Shown: positions 1 to 10,019 of the stretch, piece by piece
Position numbering within the stretch: the stretch's first letter is position 1
Layout: every line of letters starts with the position of its first letter
NCBI RefSeq assembly: GCF_002335445.1
Contig: NZ_BDME01000006.1
Span: 123,528-155,527 of the forward strand
Origin: Lebetimonas natsushimae
GTDB taxonomy: Bacteria; Campylobacterota; Campylobacteria; Campylobacterales; Nautiliaceae
Length of the DNA stretch: 32,000 bases
Reading direction: 5' to 3'
The notes under the pieces: model-generated
The model's input: only the letters and a program-made list of their open reading frames with translations
Told to the model about the DNA's origin: nothing
Databases searched by the model: none
Program-made: the position numbers and the translations under genes

Positions 1-455
1 TTGTTAGAACCAAGCTTAAAAACTTAATTGACGGGAGAGTGATTGAAAAAACCTTTCATGCAGGTGATAAAGCTGATGAACCAAATCTAGAGAGAAGAAA
101 ATATCAATATTCATATAATGAAGGTGATATTTATTATTTTATGGATACCAATACTTATGAAATGCTGCCTGTAGATGTAAAAGTATTTGAAGAATCAAAA
201 CAGTTTTTACTTGACGGAATGGAGGTTGATATATTGTTTCATAATGGGAAAGTAATTGGTGTAGAACTTCCTATGACAGTGGAATTGACTGTTACCGAAA
301 CCCAGCCGGTTAGCAATAGGGATAGAAGTGGGGCATGTAGGAAACCTGCAACTCTTGAAACCGGTGCTGTTGTTACTGTTCCATGTCATATAGTAGAAGG
401 CGATAAAATAAAAGTTGATACAAGAACTGGCGAATACTTAGAAAAAGTAAAATAA
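1..455 (+). CDS. efp: Elongation factor P, 5'-truncated by the window edge (C-terminal ~150 codons present)
   Basis: The frame is open from base 3 to TAA 453-455 ([23 protein letters not shown] ... [14 protein letters not shown] ... [18 protein letters not shown]). This matches EF-P OB domains II-III. The N-terminus lies left of the window. The stop overlaps the next ATG (TAATG). Confidence 0.93.
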   Translation, partial: VRTKLKNLIDGRVIEKTFHAGDKADEPNLERRKYQYSYNEGDIYYFMDTNTYEMLPVDVKVFEESKQFLLDGMEVDILFHNGKVIGVELPMTVELTVTETQPVSNRDRSGACRKPATLETGAVVTVPCHIVEGDKIKVDTRTGEYLEKVK

Positions 456-988
456 TGTTAGCTGAAAAAGTAAAAAAAGCTATCAGGGATATCCCTGATT
501 ACCCTAAAAAAGGTATTATTTTTAAAGATATTACAACACTTTTAAATAACGGGGAACTGTTTGCCGAGGTTGTTGATTATTTTGCAAACAAATATAAAGA
601 TGTTGATTTTGTATGTGGGATTGAAAGCAGGGGATTTATTTTTGGAGGTGCCATTGCATATGCAATGAAAAAGGGATTTGTGCCTCTTAGAAAAAAAGGA
701 AAACTGCCTTATACAACCGTCAGTGAAAAGTATGCACTTGAATATGGCTTTGATGAAATAGAAATTCATATTGATGCTTTTAAAAATATTAAAAATCCGA
801 AAGTTTTGCTTATTGACGACTTAATTGCAACAGGCGGAACCGCCGAAGCTGCTGTAAAACTTATACAAAAAGTCGGAGGAGAAGTTTTAGCTGCCGGTTT
901 TTTGATCGAACTTTCATTTTTAGATGGTGTAAAAAAATTAGAAAATCTAGGAGTAAAAGTAGATAGTATTCTTAAAATAAATGGATAA
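455..988 (+). CDS. apt: Adenine phosphoribosyltransferase
   Basis: 177 aa. It has the type I PRTase PRPP loop [16 protein letters not shown] and the N-terminal [15 protein letters not shown] motif typical of Apt. Confidence 0.95.
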   Translation: MLAEKVKKAIRDIPDYPKKGIIFKDITTLLNNGELFAEVVDYFANKYKDVDFVCGIESRGFIFGGAIAYAMKKGFVPLRKKGKLPYTTVSEKYALEYGFDEIEIHIDAFKNIKNPKVLLIDDLIATGGTAEAAVKLIQKVGGEVLAAGFLIELSFLDGVKKLENLGVKVDSILKING

Positions 989-1015
989 TTTTGAAAAATT
1001 AAATAAAGGAAATTG

Positions 1016-2215
1016 ATGTATATTCCAAAACCTATATTTGACCCGGATGAGAGAGGGCATTTTGACAAATTCGGCGGAAAATATGTTCCTGAAACTTTGA
1101 TGCCTGTACTTGAAGAACTTGAAGAATTTTATAAAAGTGTAAGATTCGATAGAAATTTTTGGAAAGAAATGGATTACTATTATAAAGAGTATATCGGAAG
1201 GCCTACCAATCTTTATTACGCTCCCAATTTAAGTAATGAACTTAATGCAAAAATATACCTTAAAAGAGAAGATTTAAACCATACAGGAGCCCATAAAATA
1301 AATAACACAATAGGACAGGTTTTACTAGCTAAAAAAATGGGTAAAAAAAGAGTGATTGCTGAAACTGGAGCTGGTCAGCATGGTGTTGCCACTGCTACTG
1401 CGGCTGCACTTTTCGGGCTTGAATGTGAAGTATTTATGGGCGAGAAGGATGTAAAAAGACAGGAACTTAATGTTTTCAGAATGGAGCTTCTTGGAGCAAA
1501 GGTACATCCTGTAAAAAGCGGAAGCAAAACACTTAAAGATGCTATGAATGAAGCTATAAGATACTGGGTTACAAATGCAAGGGATACTTTTTATGTAATT
1601 GGAACTGTTGCAGGTCCTCACCCTTATCCTATGCTTGTGAGGGATTTTCAGGCTGTTATCGGCTATGAAGCTAAAGCCCAGATTTTAGCAAAAGAAGGGA
1701 AACTTCCCGATTATGTTATTGCATGTATCGGTGGTGGAAGTAATGCAATGGGGATTTTCTCGCATTTTTTGGAAGAAGAAAATGTTCAGTGTATTGGAAT
1801 TGAAGCCGGAGGTCTTGGTATTGAGAGCGGAAAACACGGGGCAAGTTTGAATGCGGGAACACCCGGGGTACTTCATGGGCAGATGAGCTATCTGCTTCAG
1901 GATGAAGACGGACAGATTAAAGAAGCATATTCTATTTCAGCGGGTCTTGATTATCCGGGAATTGGACCGGAGCATGCATACCATTTTGAAGCTGAAAGAG
2001 TGAAATATGATTATATTACTGATAAAGAAGCACTTGATGCATTTGTTTGGCTTAGCAGGAAAGAGGGAATTATTCCGGCATTTGAAAGTTCTCATGCTGT
2101 TGCATATCTCAAAAAGTTAAAGGATATTGAAGGAAAAACAGTAATAGTAAATCTCTCAGGCAGGGGAGATAAAGATATGATGAGTGCAAAAAATATATTA
2201 AAGTTTGAAATTTAA
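1016..2215 (+). CDS. trpB: Tryptophan synthase beta chain
   Basis: It has the PLP-lysine motif [11 protein letters not shown], the GGGSNAMG loop and the C-terminal SGRGDKD motif. The ORF track starts at TTG 1013, but ATG 1016 sits 5 nt after AAAGGA (1005-1010), so I prefer 1016. Confidence 0.95.
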   Translation: MYIPKPIFDPDERGHFDKFGGKYVPETLMPVLEELEEFYKSVRFDRNFWKEMDYYYKEYIGRPTNLYYAPNLSNELNAKIYLKREDLNHTGAHKINNTIGQVLLAKKMGKKRVIAETGAGQHGVATATAAALFGLECEVFMGEKDVKRQELNVFRMELLGAKVHPVKSGSKTLKDAMNEAIRYWVTNARDTFYVIGTVAGPHPYPMLVRDFQAVIGYEAKAQILAKEGKLPDYVIACIGGGSNAMGIFSHFLEEENVQCIGIEAGGLGIESGKHGASLNAGTPGVLHGQMSYLLQDEDGQIKEAYSISAGLDYPGIGPEHAYHFEAERVKYDYITDKEALDAFVWLSRKEGIIPAFESSHAVAYLKKLKDIEGKTVIVNLSGRGDKDMMSAKNILKFEI

Positions 2216-2847
2216 TGAAAAAAATTCTTTTTTTAACTCTTTTTTTTAGTTTTATTTGGGCGTTTGATCTGCATTCAGTTAAAGAATTTTTCAATGAAGA
2301 TAATTTAATCCATTTACTTAAAGAATATGGCTATATAATATTGTTTTTTTGGTCTATTTTTGAAGGCGAAACTGGCCTTGTAATGGCAGGAGTTTTATCT
2401 CATACTGGTGATATGAATTTATTTGCTTCTATTGTAGTAGCAGCTTTTGGAGGTTTTACAGGAGACCAAATTTATTATTATTTAGGAAAATTAAATAAAG
2501 CTTGGATTTTGAAAGAATTTAATCAACATAGAAGAAAATTTGCAAAAGCAAAAATGCTTCTTAAAAAATACGGTATGGGTGTCGTTTTTATTCAAAGATT
2601 TATTTATGGGATGAGAACCATTATTCCGATGACTATCGGAGTTTTAAATTATGATGCAAAAAAATTTGCAATTGTTAATTTAATTAGTGCCTTTATATGG
2701 GCAAGTGTCACTATAATTCCAAGTTATATTTTCGGGGAAGAAATTTTGGATATTCTTAAATGGTTAAAACATCACTGGTATATAGGTATTGTTTTTGTAA
2801 TTGCAATGTTTACTGTTACATGGTATATAAATAAAAAGGAGGATTAA
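2215..2847 (+). CDS. DedA-family inner membrane protein
   Basis: 210 aa with a hydrophobic N-terminus and several TM segments. It carries a DedA-type region, FIQRFIYGMRTIIPMTIGVLNYDAKKFAIVNLISAFIWA. TAATG overlaps occur at both ends. Confidence 0.82.
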   Translation: MKKILFLTLFFSFIWAFDLHSVKEFFNEDNLIHLLKEYGYIILFFWSIFEGETGLVMAGVLSHTGDMNLFASIVVAAFGGFTGDQIYYYLGKLNKAWILKEFNQHRRKFAKAKMLLKKYGMGVVFIQRFIYGMRTIIPMTIGVLNYDAKKFAIVNLISAFIWASVTIIPSYIFGEEILDILKWLKHHWYIGIVFVIAMFTVTWYINKKED

Positions 2848-4211
2848 TGGAATTTATAAATGGAAAAGGTGAAGTTAAAGCAAAAATAGTAGTTAACGGT
2901 GCTAAAAGTTTTGAAGAGTACGGATTTAATGGAAAAGACGGGGAAGTTTTAGTCTTACCTGAGAAAAAAAGAATTTATGTGGGAATTGATAGCATAAATC
3001 CTGAAAATATTAAAACTGCTACTGCTGCTATTATAAAAGCTCTTAAAAAATATAAATTTGAAAGTGTGGAAATTACTCCGCCAAATACAAAAGATGAAAG
3101 TATTTTAATTCCATTTTTTGAAGGATTTATATTAGGGGATTATGAGTTTGATAAATATAAAAGCGAAAAAGCAAAACATCCTGTTAAAAAAATAGCAATT
3201 AATTCTAAAAGAGATTTTCAGAAAATTGTTAAAGAAGCAAAAATCAGGGCAAATGCTATAAATTTTGTAAGAGATGTAATTAATTCAGTTCCCGATGAAA
3301 TAACTCCTGCAAAACTTGCGGCTATTGCTGAAGATGTAGCAAAAGAAAGTAAACTTGAATGTAAAATATATGATGAAAATTATTTATATGAAAACGGATA
3401 CCATGCTTTTTATGCAGTTGGAAAAGCAAGTTCCAATCCTCCAAGACTGATTCATTTAACTTATAAACCAAAAAATGCAAAAAGAAAAATAGTATTTGTT
3501 GGAAAAGGGCTTTGTTATGACAGTGGAGGATTAAGTCTTAAACCTGCAGATTATATGGTAACTATGAAAAGCGATAAGTCCGGGGCTGTAACAGTTCTTG
3601 GGATTATAAAAGCCATAAGTGAATTAGGACTTGATATTGAAGTTCATGCAATTTTAGGTGCGGCTGAAAATATGATAGGCGGAAATGCCTATAAACCGGA
3701 CGATGTATTAAAGGCAAAAAACGGTAAAACTATTGAGATTAGAAATACAGATGCCGAGGGGAGACTTGTTTTGGCTGACTGTTTGTGTTATGCTGATGAA
3801 GAAATTAAAGATTATGATGAAATTTATGATTTTGCTACATTAACAGGTGCCTGTGTAGTGGGACTGGGAGAATATACAGCCGGAATTATGGGATATAACC
3901 GGGAAAAAATAAATAAAATAATAGAAAATGCCGAAAAAGCCGGTGAAAACATTGCATATTTACCGTTTAACAAACATCTTAAAAAACTTCTAAAAAGTAA
4001 CATCGCGGATATTTGTAACATTGCATCAAGCAGATACGGTGGTGCTCTTACTGCGGGACTGTTTTTACGCGAATTTGTAAATAATACTGATAAATGGACT
4101 CATCTTGATATAGCCGGACCCGCTTTTGTAGAAAAAGAATGGGGGTATAATCCGCACGGTGCAAGCGGATTTGGAGTTGATACTTTTATAAACTACCTAA
4201 AATCTCTTTAA
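2847..4211 (+). CDS. pepA: Leucyl aminopeptidase (peptidase M17)
   Basis: It has the M17 signatures VGKGLCYDSGGLSLKP and NTDAEGRLVLAD. 454 aa. Confidence 0.93.
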   Translation: MEFINGKGEVKAKIVVNGAKSFEEYGFNGKDGEVLVLPEKKRIYVGIDSINPENIKTATAAIIKALKKYKFESVEITPPNTKDESILIPFFEGFILGDYEFDKYKSEKAKHPVKKIAINSKRDFQKIVKEAKIRANAINFVRDVINSVPDEITPAKLAAIAEDVAKESKLECKIYDENYLYENGYHAFYAVGKASSNPPRLIHLTYKPKNAKRKIVFVGKGLCYDSGGLSLKPADYMVTMKSDKSGAVTVLGIIKAISELGLDIEVHAILGAAENMIGGNAYKPDDVLKAKNGKTIEIRNTDAEGRLVLADCLCYADEEIKDYDEIYDFATLTGACVVGLGEYTAGIMGYNREKINKIIENAEKAGENIAYLPFNKHLKKLLKSNIADICNIASSRYGGALTAGLFLREFVNNTDKWTHLDIAGPAFVEKEWGYNPHGASGFGVDTFINYLKSL

Positions 4212-4276
4212 TTTCTTTTTTTTATCTAGAATAATAAAAAGTATTTTATGCAGTTTTCTATTGATTATTTAAAAAG

Positions 4277-4305
4277 TTGTCTTATATTTTTTCATAAGAT
4301 ATAAT
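4277..4305 (+). promoter_or_regulatory. Candidate sigma70-type promoter for the ychF operon (TTGTCT - 17 nt - TATAAT)
   Basis: TTGTCT lies at 4277-4282 and TATAAT at 4300-4305, with a 17-nt spacer. GGAG at 4322-4325 and ATG 4335 follow. This is the only sizeable non-coding gap (4212-4334) in the left third of the window. Confidence 0.35.
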
Positions 4306-4334
4306 TTCATAAAATATTTAAGGAGAATATATAT

Positions 4335-5429
4335 ATGAAAGTTGGAATTGTCGGACTGCCGAATGTTGGAAAATCTACTACATTTAATGCACTTACTAAA
4401 ACGCAAAATGCGGAAGCTCAAAATTATCCTTTTTGTACAATAGAGCCAAATAAAGCAATAGTACCTGTACCGGATAATAGAATAGAAGAACTTGCCAAGA
4501 TAGTAAACCCAGATAGAATTCAATATTCAACCATAGAATTTGTCGATATTGCAGGACTTGTTAAGGGAGCAAGCAAAGGTGAAGGGCTTGGAAATCAGTT
4601 TTTGGCAAATATTAGGGAAACTGATATAATCTTGCATATGGTTAGGTGTTTTGAAGACCCAAATGTTATTCATGTGGAAAATAGTGTAGACCCAATAAGA
4701 GATGTTGAAATAATTGAGCAGGAACTACTTTATGCAGATATGCAGACACTTGAGAAGAGAATAAATAGACTTCAAAAACAGGCAAAAGGCAGCAAAGAAG
4801 CAAAAGCTCAGCTTGAACTAGCAAATGAGCTTATGGAATGGCTGGCTGAAGGTAATCCTGTCAGGACTTTTCCTAAAAAAGATGAAGAAGCATTTAAAGT
4901 GCTTGAGAGAGAACTTAACTTTTTAACAAATAAAGAAATTTTTTACGGGGCAAATGTTGATGAAGAAGGGCTAGCAGTTGATAATGAATATGTAATAGCC
5001 CTAAAAGAGTATGCTAAAAAACATAATAGGGAAGTTATAAAACTTTGTGCTAAACTTGAAGAAGAAATGGTGGATATGAGTGATGAGGAAAGACATGAAT
5101 TTCTTGAGAGTCTTGGGGCAAAAGAGAGCGGGCTTGACCAGATTATTAGAAAAGCGTATGAAAAACTTGATTTGATAAGTTATTTTACAGCCGGAAAAAT
5201 CGAGGTTAGAAGCTGGACAATCAAAAAAGGTACAAAAGCACCTCAGGCTGCGGGAGTTATTCATACAGATTTTGAAAAAGGGTTTATCAGGGCTGAGGTT
5301 ATCAGTTATGAAGATTTTGTAAAATATGGAGGTGAACAGGGTGCAAAAGAAGCCGGGGCTATGAGGCTTGAAGGGAAAGATTATGTAGTCCAAGACGGTG
5401 ATGTAATGCATTTCAGGTTTAATGTATGA
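4335..5429 (+). CDS. ychF: Redox-regulated ribosome-binding ATPase YchF
   Basis: It has the P-loop GLPNVGKSTTFNALT, the DIAGLVKGAS motif, and the C-terminal YchF/TGS-type region VRSWTIKKGTKAPQAAGVIHTDFEKGFIRAEV. Confidence 0.95.
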   Translation: MKVGIVGLPNVGKSTTFNALTKTQNAEAQNYPFCTIEPNKAIVPVPDNRIEELAKIVNPDRIQYSTIEFVDIAGLVKGASKGEGLGNQFLANIRETDIILHMVRCFEDPNVIHVENSVDPIRDVEIIEQELLYADMQTLEKRINRLQKQAKGSKEAKAQLELANELMEWLAEGNPVRTFPKKDEEAFKVLERELNFLTNKEIFYGANVDEEGLAVDNEYVIALKEYAKKHNREVIKLCAKLEEEMVDMSDEERHEFLESLGAKESGLDQIIRKAYEKLDLISYFTAGKIEVRSWTIKKGTKAPQAAGVIHTDFEKGFIRAEVISYEDFVKYGGEQGAKEAGAMRLEGKDYVVQDGDVMHFRFNV

Positions 5430-6598
5430 AAGTAGAAATAACAAAAAAAGCATATGAGAAATTAAAAAAAAGATTTCCGTGGGTATATAGGAATGAGATA
5501 ATTTCTCTTCCTGACTGTGACAGAGGAACTATTGCCGATTTGGTTTATAAAGGTGAGTATGTCGCAACGGCTTTTATAAATCCTGTAAGTAAAATTACTG
5601 CAAGAGTAATAAGTTTTGAAAAAACACATATTGATAAAGAATTTTTTTATAAAAGAATTAAAAAAGCGCTAAAAAACAGGCTTACTGAAATAGAGAGTAA
5701 AAATATTATGTTAAGTTTAGAGAAAGAATTTAATTCTAACTCCCTAAGAGTTGTACATTCTGAAGCTGATTTTCTGCCCGGACTCATTATCGATAAATAT
5801 GGGGACAATCTTGTTGTTTCTTTTACAACTGCAGGAATGGATAATTTTAAAGGTATTATAGTTGAAATTTTAATAGATTTACTGAACCCCAAAGGCATAT
5901 ATGAAAAAGGTGATAAAATTCGTCAGAAAGAAGGTTTGGAAGTTGTAAATGAAATTCTTTATGGAAATATAGATGATGAATTTATCATAGTTGAAAATGA
6001 TAAAAAATTTATAACTAATCTCAAAGTTGGGCAAAAAACAGGATTTTTTTTAGACCAAAGAAAAAACAGAAAAATTGTAGGGGAATATGGAAATAAAAAG
6101 ACTCTTGATTTGTTTGCAAATTCCGGCGGATTTGGAATATATGCAAATGCCTCTTTTACTAAATTTGTGGAAATTTCAGCTCTTGCCTGTTCTCAGATAG
6201 AAAAAAACTGCGAATTAAATGGACTTCAAAATTATGAAATAATAAAAGCGGATGTATTTAAATTTTTAGAAAATGAAAAAGAAAAATATGATTTGATTGT
6301 TATTGACCCTCCTGCTTTTGCAAAAAACAAAAATGCAAAAAAAGGTGCTCTTAAAGGTTGGAAATATCTTATAGTAAATTCTCTGAAACTTTTAGAAGAG
6401 AATGGATATTTGGCACTGTTTAGCTGTTCAAGCGCTATTAGTTCAAAGGATTTGTTGGATTTGGCTCTAAGCAGTGCCATAATTGAGAAATGTGATTTGG
6501 AAGTAATTGATTTTTTAAAACAGGATGTTGACCATCCGTATGTTTTAAATATTCCAAATTCGCTTTATTTAACAGGGGTGCTTTTAAGGAGGATTTAA
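5426..6598 (+). CDS. Class I SAM-dependent rRNA methyltransferase with an N-terminal PUA-like domain (RlmI/RlmK-like)
   Basis: 390 aa. It has the SAM-binding motif LDLFANSGGFG and the catalytic-type DLIVIDPPAF motif, preceded by a PUA-like N-terminal region. ATGA overlap with ychF. Confidence 0.8.
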   Translation: MKVEITKKAYEKLKKRFPWVYRNEIISLPDCDRGTIADLVYKGEYVATAFINPVSKITARVISFEKTHIDKEFFYKRIKKALKNRLTEIESKNIMLSLEKEFNSNSLRVVHSEADFLPGLIIDKYGDNLVVSFTTAGMDNFKGIIVEILIDLLNPKGIYEKGDKIRQKEGLEVVNEILYGNIDDEFIIVENDKKFITNLKVGQKTGFFLDQRKNRKIVGEYGNKKTLDLFANSGGFGIYANASFTKFVEISALACSQIEKNCELNGLQNYEIIKADVFKFLENEKEKYDLIVIDPPAFAKNKNAKKGALKGWKYLIVNSLKLLEENGYLALFSCSSAISSKDLLDLALSSAIIEKCDLEVIDFLKQDVDHPYVLNIPNSLYLTGVLLRRI

Positions 6599-7074
6599 TG
6601 AAAAAATTTTTATTTATCAGGCATTCATTAGCGGTTGAAGCATATGAATTTAAAGGTCATGATTTTGACAGGCCTTTGACTCCAAAAGGAAAAATAAGGG
6701 CAAAAGGTTTTTTTAGAGTAGTAAAAAAAATTTATCCTGTAATCAATTATATAATTACTTCAAAAGCAATCCGTGCAAAAGAAACCGCTGAAATATTAAA
6801 AGAATTTTATCCTGAAAGTGTTTTTATTGAAACTGAATTATTATTTCCGGGCGCTAATTTTAAAAATTTTAAAGAAATTGTTGAAAATAAAAACGGTATT
6901 ATCGCAATTGTCGGGCATCAACCGGATTTGAGTGAATTTATTTCAAAACTTACCCATTCAGACTGTTATTTTAAACTTTCAAAGCCGTCACTTGCGGAAG
7001 TTGAAGACAATATTCTAAAAGCTCTTTTTAGTTACAAACATTTCAGGAATTTTAATGAATCAGATAACGCTTAA
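6598..7074 (+). CDS. sixA: Histidine-phosphatase-family protein, SixA-like phosphohistidine phosphatase
   Basis: 158 aa. It has the catalytic FIRHS motif at the N-terminus, then RPLTPKG, SKAIRAKETAE and IVGHQPDL, in the order seen in SixA. Confidence 0.7.
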   Translation: MKKFLFIRHSLAVEAYEFKGHDFDRPLTPKGKIRAKGFFRVVKKIYPVINYIITSKAIRAKETAEILKEFYPESVFIETELLFPGANFKNFKEIVENKNGIIAIVGHQPDLSEFISKLTHSDCYFKLSKPSLAEVEDNILKALFSYKHFRNFNESDNA

Positions 7075-7585
7075 AATTTTAAATCATATAGCTAAAAAGC
7101 AAAACAGTGATATTATTGAAGTTTTTAGTGTTTTTCTTGCAAATATAACTTCGGGAAATGAAGATTTTGAAAAAGTGGCTTTAAAAATTTTTGATTTAAA
7201 TAAACTAAATGATAAAGAAATTAATTTGTTAAAAGATTTTTTTGATTATTTGAGAGAAGATGTTGATAATGATAAAAATTTTAAAGAAAAACTCTGTTTG
7301 TTTGTTGAAGATTATAAAAAAACTGCAACCGATTTGGCTTCTTTTTTTGTAATATTTTTGCCAAAAGATGTTATATTCAGTAAAAATCCTGAAAAAATAA
7401 AAGATTCTCTTTCAATTTATCCAAAAGAGATAAAAGAAGCTATTATTAAAGCTATTGAATTTTTGAGTTTACTGACAACAGATATTGATAACAATACAAA
7501 AAAAGAAATTTTTCAAAACATAATAGAAATTATGATTATTTTAAGCGGAATTATGAAAGTTTTAGGAGAAAGTAATGAAATTTAA
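7055..7585 (+). CDS. Hypothetical protein (acidic, predicted all-helical, no recognisable motif)
   Basis: This 176-aa ORF overlaps sixA by 20 nt and the UbiD-family gene by 11 nt. Its codon composition resembles its neighbours. No family was recognised. Confidence 0.55.
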   Translation: MNQITLKILNHIAKKQNSDIIEVFSVFLANITSGNEDFEKVALKIFDLNKLNDKEINLLKDFFDYLREDVDNDKNFKEKLCLFVEDYKKTATDLASFFVIFLPKDVIFSKNPEKIKDSLSIYPKEIKEAIIKAIEFLSLLTTDIDNNTKKEIFQNIIEIMIILSGIMKVLGESNEI

Positions 7586-9374
7586 TGATTTAAAAGAATA
7601 TATAAAAATTATAGATACTCCCCTTGATATAAATCTTGAAATACCTCATTTAGCTTATATTGAAGCCAAGAAGAAAAATCCTAAAATTTTAATGTTTACC
7701 AATCCAAAAGAAGGCAATAAAAAATTTGATATGCCTGTTGTTATGAATATTTTTGCAAATGACAAGGTGGTTGAAAAAATTTTCGGAAAAAATCTTGATT
7801 TGATTGCAGCTGAAATTGAAGAACTTATAAAACTCAAACCTCCTAAAACACTCAGTGAAAAATTAAAAATATTTGGGAAACTTTTCGCACTTAAAAATAC
7901 AATTCCAAAAAGAGTAAAAAGTGCAGAATGTCAATATTATGTTAAGCAAGGTGAAGCGGTAAATTTAAATGATTTACCAATTCTAAAAACCTGGCCGCTT
8001 GATGGTGGAAAATTTATAACTATGGGGCAGGTTTATACTAAAAGTCTTGATGGTGAGACGCGTAATGTTGGAATGTACAGGCTTCAGGTTTATGATGATA
8101 AAAGACTCGGACTTCACTGGCAGATTCACAAAGACAGCGCCCATCTTTTTTGGGAGTATAAAAAAGCCGGGGTTAAAATGCCGGTAAGTGTTGCAATAGG
8201 CGGAGACCCGCTTTATACGTGGTGTGCTACGGCACCAATGCCTCCAGGTATATTTGAACTTATGCTTTACGGATTTATAAGAAAAGAAAATCCAAGATTA
8301 ATCAAATGTATAAGCAATGATTTGGAAGTTCCTGCCGATGCGGATATTGTGATAGAAGGATGGTGCGATCCGGAGGAGTTGGAAATTGAGGGAATGTTTG
8401 GAGACCATACAGGCTATTATACTCTTAAAAAACCTTTTCCCGTAATGCATGTAGAAACTATAACCACTAAAAAAGAGCCTGTTTATTATGCAACGGTTGT
8501 AGGAAAACCACCTCTTGAGGATAAATATATGGGTTATGCGACTGAGAGGATATTTTTACCGCTTTTAAAAACTTCAGCACCTGATTTGATTGATTATGCA
8601 ATGCCTGAAAACGGAGTGTTTCATAATCTGATTTTGGCAAAAATTGCACCAAGATACCCGGGGCATTCTATGCAGATAATGCATTCTCTTTGGGGAGTGG
8701 GGCAGATGAGTTTTGTAAAACACGCTGTTTTTGTGGATGAAAATGCACCTGATCTTAGAGATTATGAAAATTTAACAAGATATATTTTAAATAATTTTGA
8801 TAAAAAAAGGGTATTAATTAGCAAGGGAATTGTTGATGAGCTTGACCATTCAAGCGTGGAGGAATTGGTAGGCGGTAAGCTTGGGGTTGATGCAACTAAG
8901 AATGAAAAATGGAAAATGGAAAATGGAAAATTAAAAATATTAAATGATGAAGAATTATTGAAAAAATTAAAAAGTGTTGAGCCTTTAATTGAGAATGTCA
9001 GACAGTATTTTACCGATACCAAAAATCCGATTTGTGTAATCAAGTTTAAAAAGCAAAATTGTGCTAAAAATATTTTTGATAAAATAAAAGAGTTTAAAGA
9101 AAACCTAAGAATAGTTGTGTTTATTGATACAGACGAAGCAGATAATCCGTATATGCTTGTGTGGAGAGTTACGAATAATATAGATGCTTTGCGTGATGTT
9201 TGGATTGATGAAATTGTTGGAATTGACGGAAGCAATAAAAACGCCATTGATGGATTTACAAGAGAGTGGCCGCCGGATGTTGATGTTGATAAAAATGTAA
9301 TAGAAAAATTAAAAAATTTAGGATTAATTGAGGGAATCAGTGAAGAAGAATTAAAAAAATATCAGATAATTTAA
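7575..9374 (+). CDS. UbiD-family decarboxylase (long form, as in the Campylobacterota proteins annotated as menaquinone biosynthesis decarboxylase)
   Basis: 599 aa. The UbiD core motifs are NVGMYRLQVYDDKRLGLHWQIHKDSAHLF, VAIGGDPLYTW and GMFGDHTGYY, followed by a C-terminal extension of about 100 aa. AGGAG lies 7 nt upstream of the ATG. Confidence 0.88.
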   Translation: MKFNDLKEYIKIIDTPLDINLEIPHLAYIEAKKKNPKILMFTNPKEGNKKFDMPVVMNIFANDKVVEKIFGKNLDLIAAEIEELIKLKPPKTLSEKLKIFGKLFALKNTIPKRVKSAECQYYVKQGEAVNLNDLPILKTWPLDGGKFITMGQVYTKSLDGETRNVGMYRLQVYDDKRLGLHWQIHKDSAHLFWEYKKAGVKMPVSVAIGGDPLYTWCATAPMPPGIFELMLYGFIRKENPRLIKCISNDLEVPADADIVIEGWCDPEELEIEGMFGDHTGYYTLKKPFPVMHVETITTKKEPVYYATVVGKPPLEDKYMGYATERIFLPLLKTSAPDLIDYAMPENGVFHNLILAKIAPRYPGHSMQIMHSLWGVGQMSFVKHAVFVDENAPDLRDYENLTRYILNNFDKKRVLISKGIVDELDHSSVEELVGGKLGVDATKNEKWKMENGKLKILNDEELLKKLKSVEPLIENVRQYFTDTKNPICVIKFKKQNCAKNIFDKIKEFKENLRIVVFIDTDEADNPYMLVWRVTNNIDALRDVWIDEIVGIDGSNKNAIDGFTREWPPDVDVDKNVIEKLKNLGLIEGISEEELKKYQII

Positions 9375-9383
9375 AGGCTGCGA

Positions 9384-10019
9384 ATGAATTTTAAAGATAT
9401 ATTTTTATTTAAAAATTTAGAAGATAAAGATATTAATGAAATTAAAAAATTTTCAATTGTAAAAAAACTCAAAAAAAATGATATTGTTTTTTATGAAAAA
9501 GAAGAACCTAATTATTTACATTTACTTGTAGAAGGAACGGCAAAAGTTTATAAAGTGGATAACAGGGGAAATGAGCTTATTATTCATAAATTTTATCCAC
9601 CTTCACTCATAGCTGAACTTGCAAGTTTTGAGAAAATTCCTTATCCTGCAAACTGTGCGATGGAAAGTGACGGGATTGTTATAAAAATAGAATTTGAAAA
9701 GTTTAAGAAATTTTTAAAAAAAGGTGATGTCTGTTTGTCTGTAATGAGCTCTCTTCTTAAAAAGATGAAATATTTAGATGGAATTATTCAGGATAATCTG
9801 ATTTTAGATACAACTACAAAAATAGCAAAATTTATTTATGATAATCCGGAAGCTTTTGAAGATTTAAAACAGCATTCTATTGCAGCAATTTTGAATATAA
9901 AACCGGAGACTCTTAGCAGAAAATTAAAAATATTAAAAGATTTGGGAATTATTGAAAAAAAAGATAATAAGTTTACAGTTAAAAATAGGGAAAAAATAAA
10001 AGAGCATTTTAATTGGTAG
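9384..10019 (+). CDS. Crp/Fnr-family transcriptional regulator (HcpR/NssR-like, no FNR Cys cluster)
   Basis: 211 aa. The N-terminus is a cNMP-binding-like barrel (LLVEGTAKVYKVDNRGNELII). The C-terminal HTH has the FNR-type recognition helix PETLSRKLKILKDLGII (E-x2-S-R). There is no N-terminal cysteine cluster. Confidence 0.85.
   Translation: MNFKDIFLFKNLEDKDINEIKKFSIVKKLKKNDIVFYEKEEPNYLHLLVEGTAKVYKVDNRGNELIIHKFYPPSLIAELASFEKIPYPANCAMESDGIVIKIEFEKFKKFLKKGDVCLSVMSSLLKKMKYLDGIIQDNLILDTTTKIAKFIYDNPEAFEDLKQHSIAAILNIKPETLSRKLKILKDLGIIEKKDNKFTVKNREKIKEHFNW

Noticed and set aside
304-345. Unusual EF-P loop sequence [13 protein letters not shown] where relatives have a G/K/D/T-rich loop, considered as a local frameshift
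   Set aside because: The length is identical to the canonical loop and the flanking motifs stay in frame. This is ordinary divergence, not a frameshift.
4280-4299. Small hairpin TCTTAT-N8-ATAAGA in the ychF upstream region
   Set aside because: It is a 6-bp all-weak stem lying inside the predicted promoter spacer. There is no T-run and no supporting context.
5001-5453. 150-aa ORF on the minus strand opposite ychF and the methyltransferase start
   Set aside because: It is antisense to a gene with unmistakable YchF motifs. It has the Phe/Ile/Lys-rich, low-complexity composition typical of the reverse frame of AT-rich genes. There is no RBS and no recognisable motif.
8762-9247. 161-aa minus-strand ORF inside the UbiD-family gene
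   Set aside because: It is an antisense shadow ORF with Ser/Phe/Leu-rich low complexity. The sense strand carries the conserved protein.
455-10019. Chains of unrelated housekeeping genes joined by TAATG or ATGA overlaps (efp/apt, trpB/DedA/pepA, and ychF through to the regulator)
   Set aside because: The overlaps are real, but they are typical of small compact genomes. They do not imply functional linkage.
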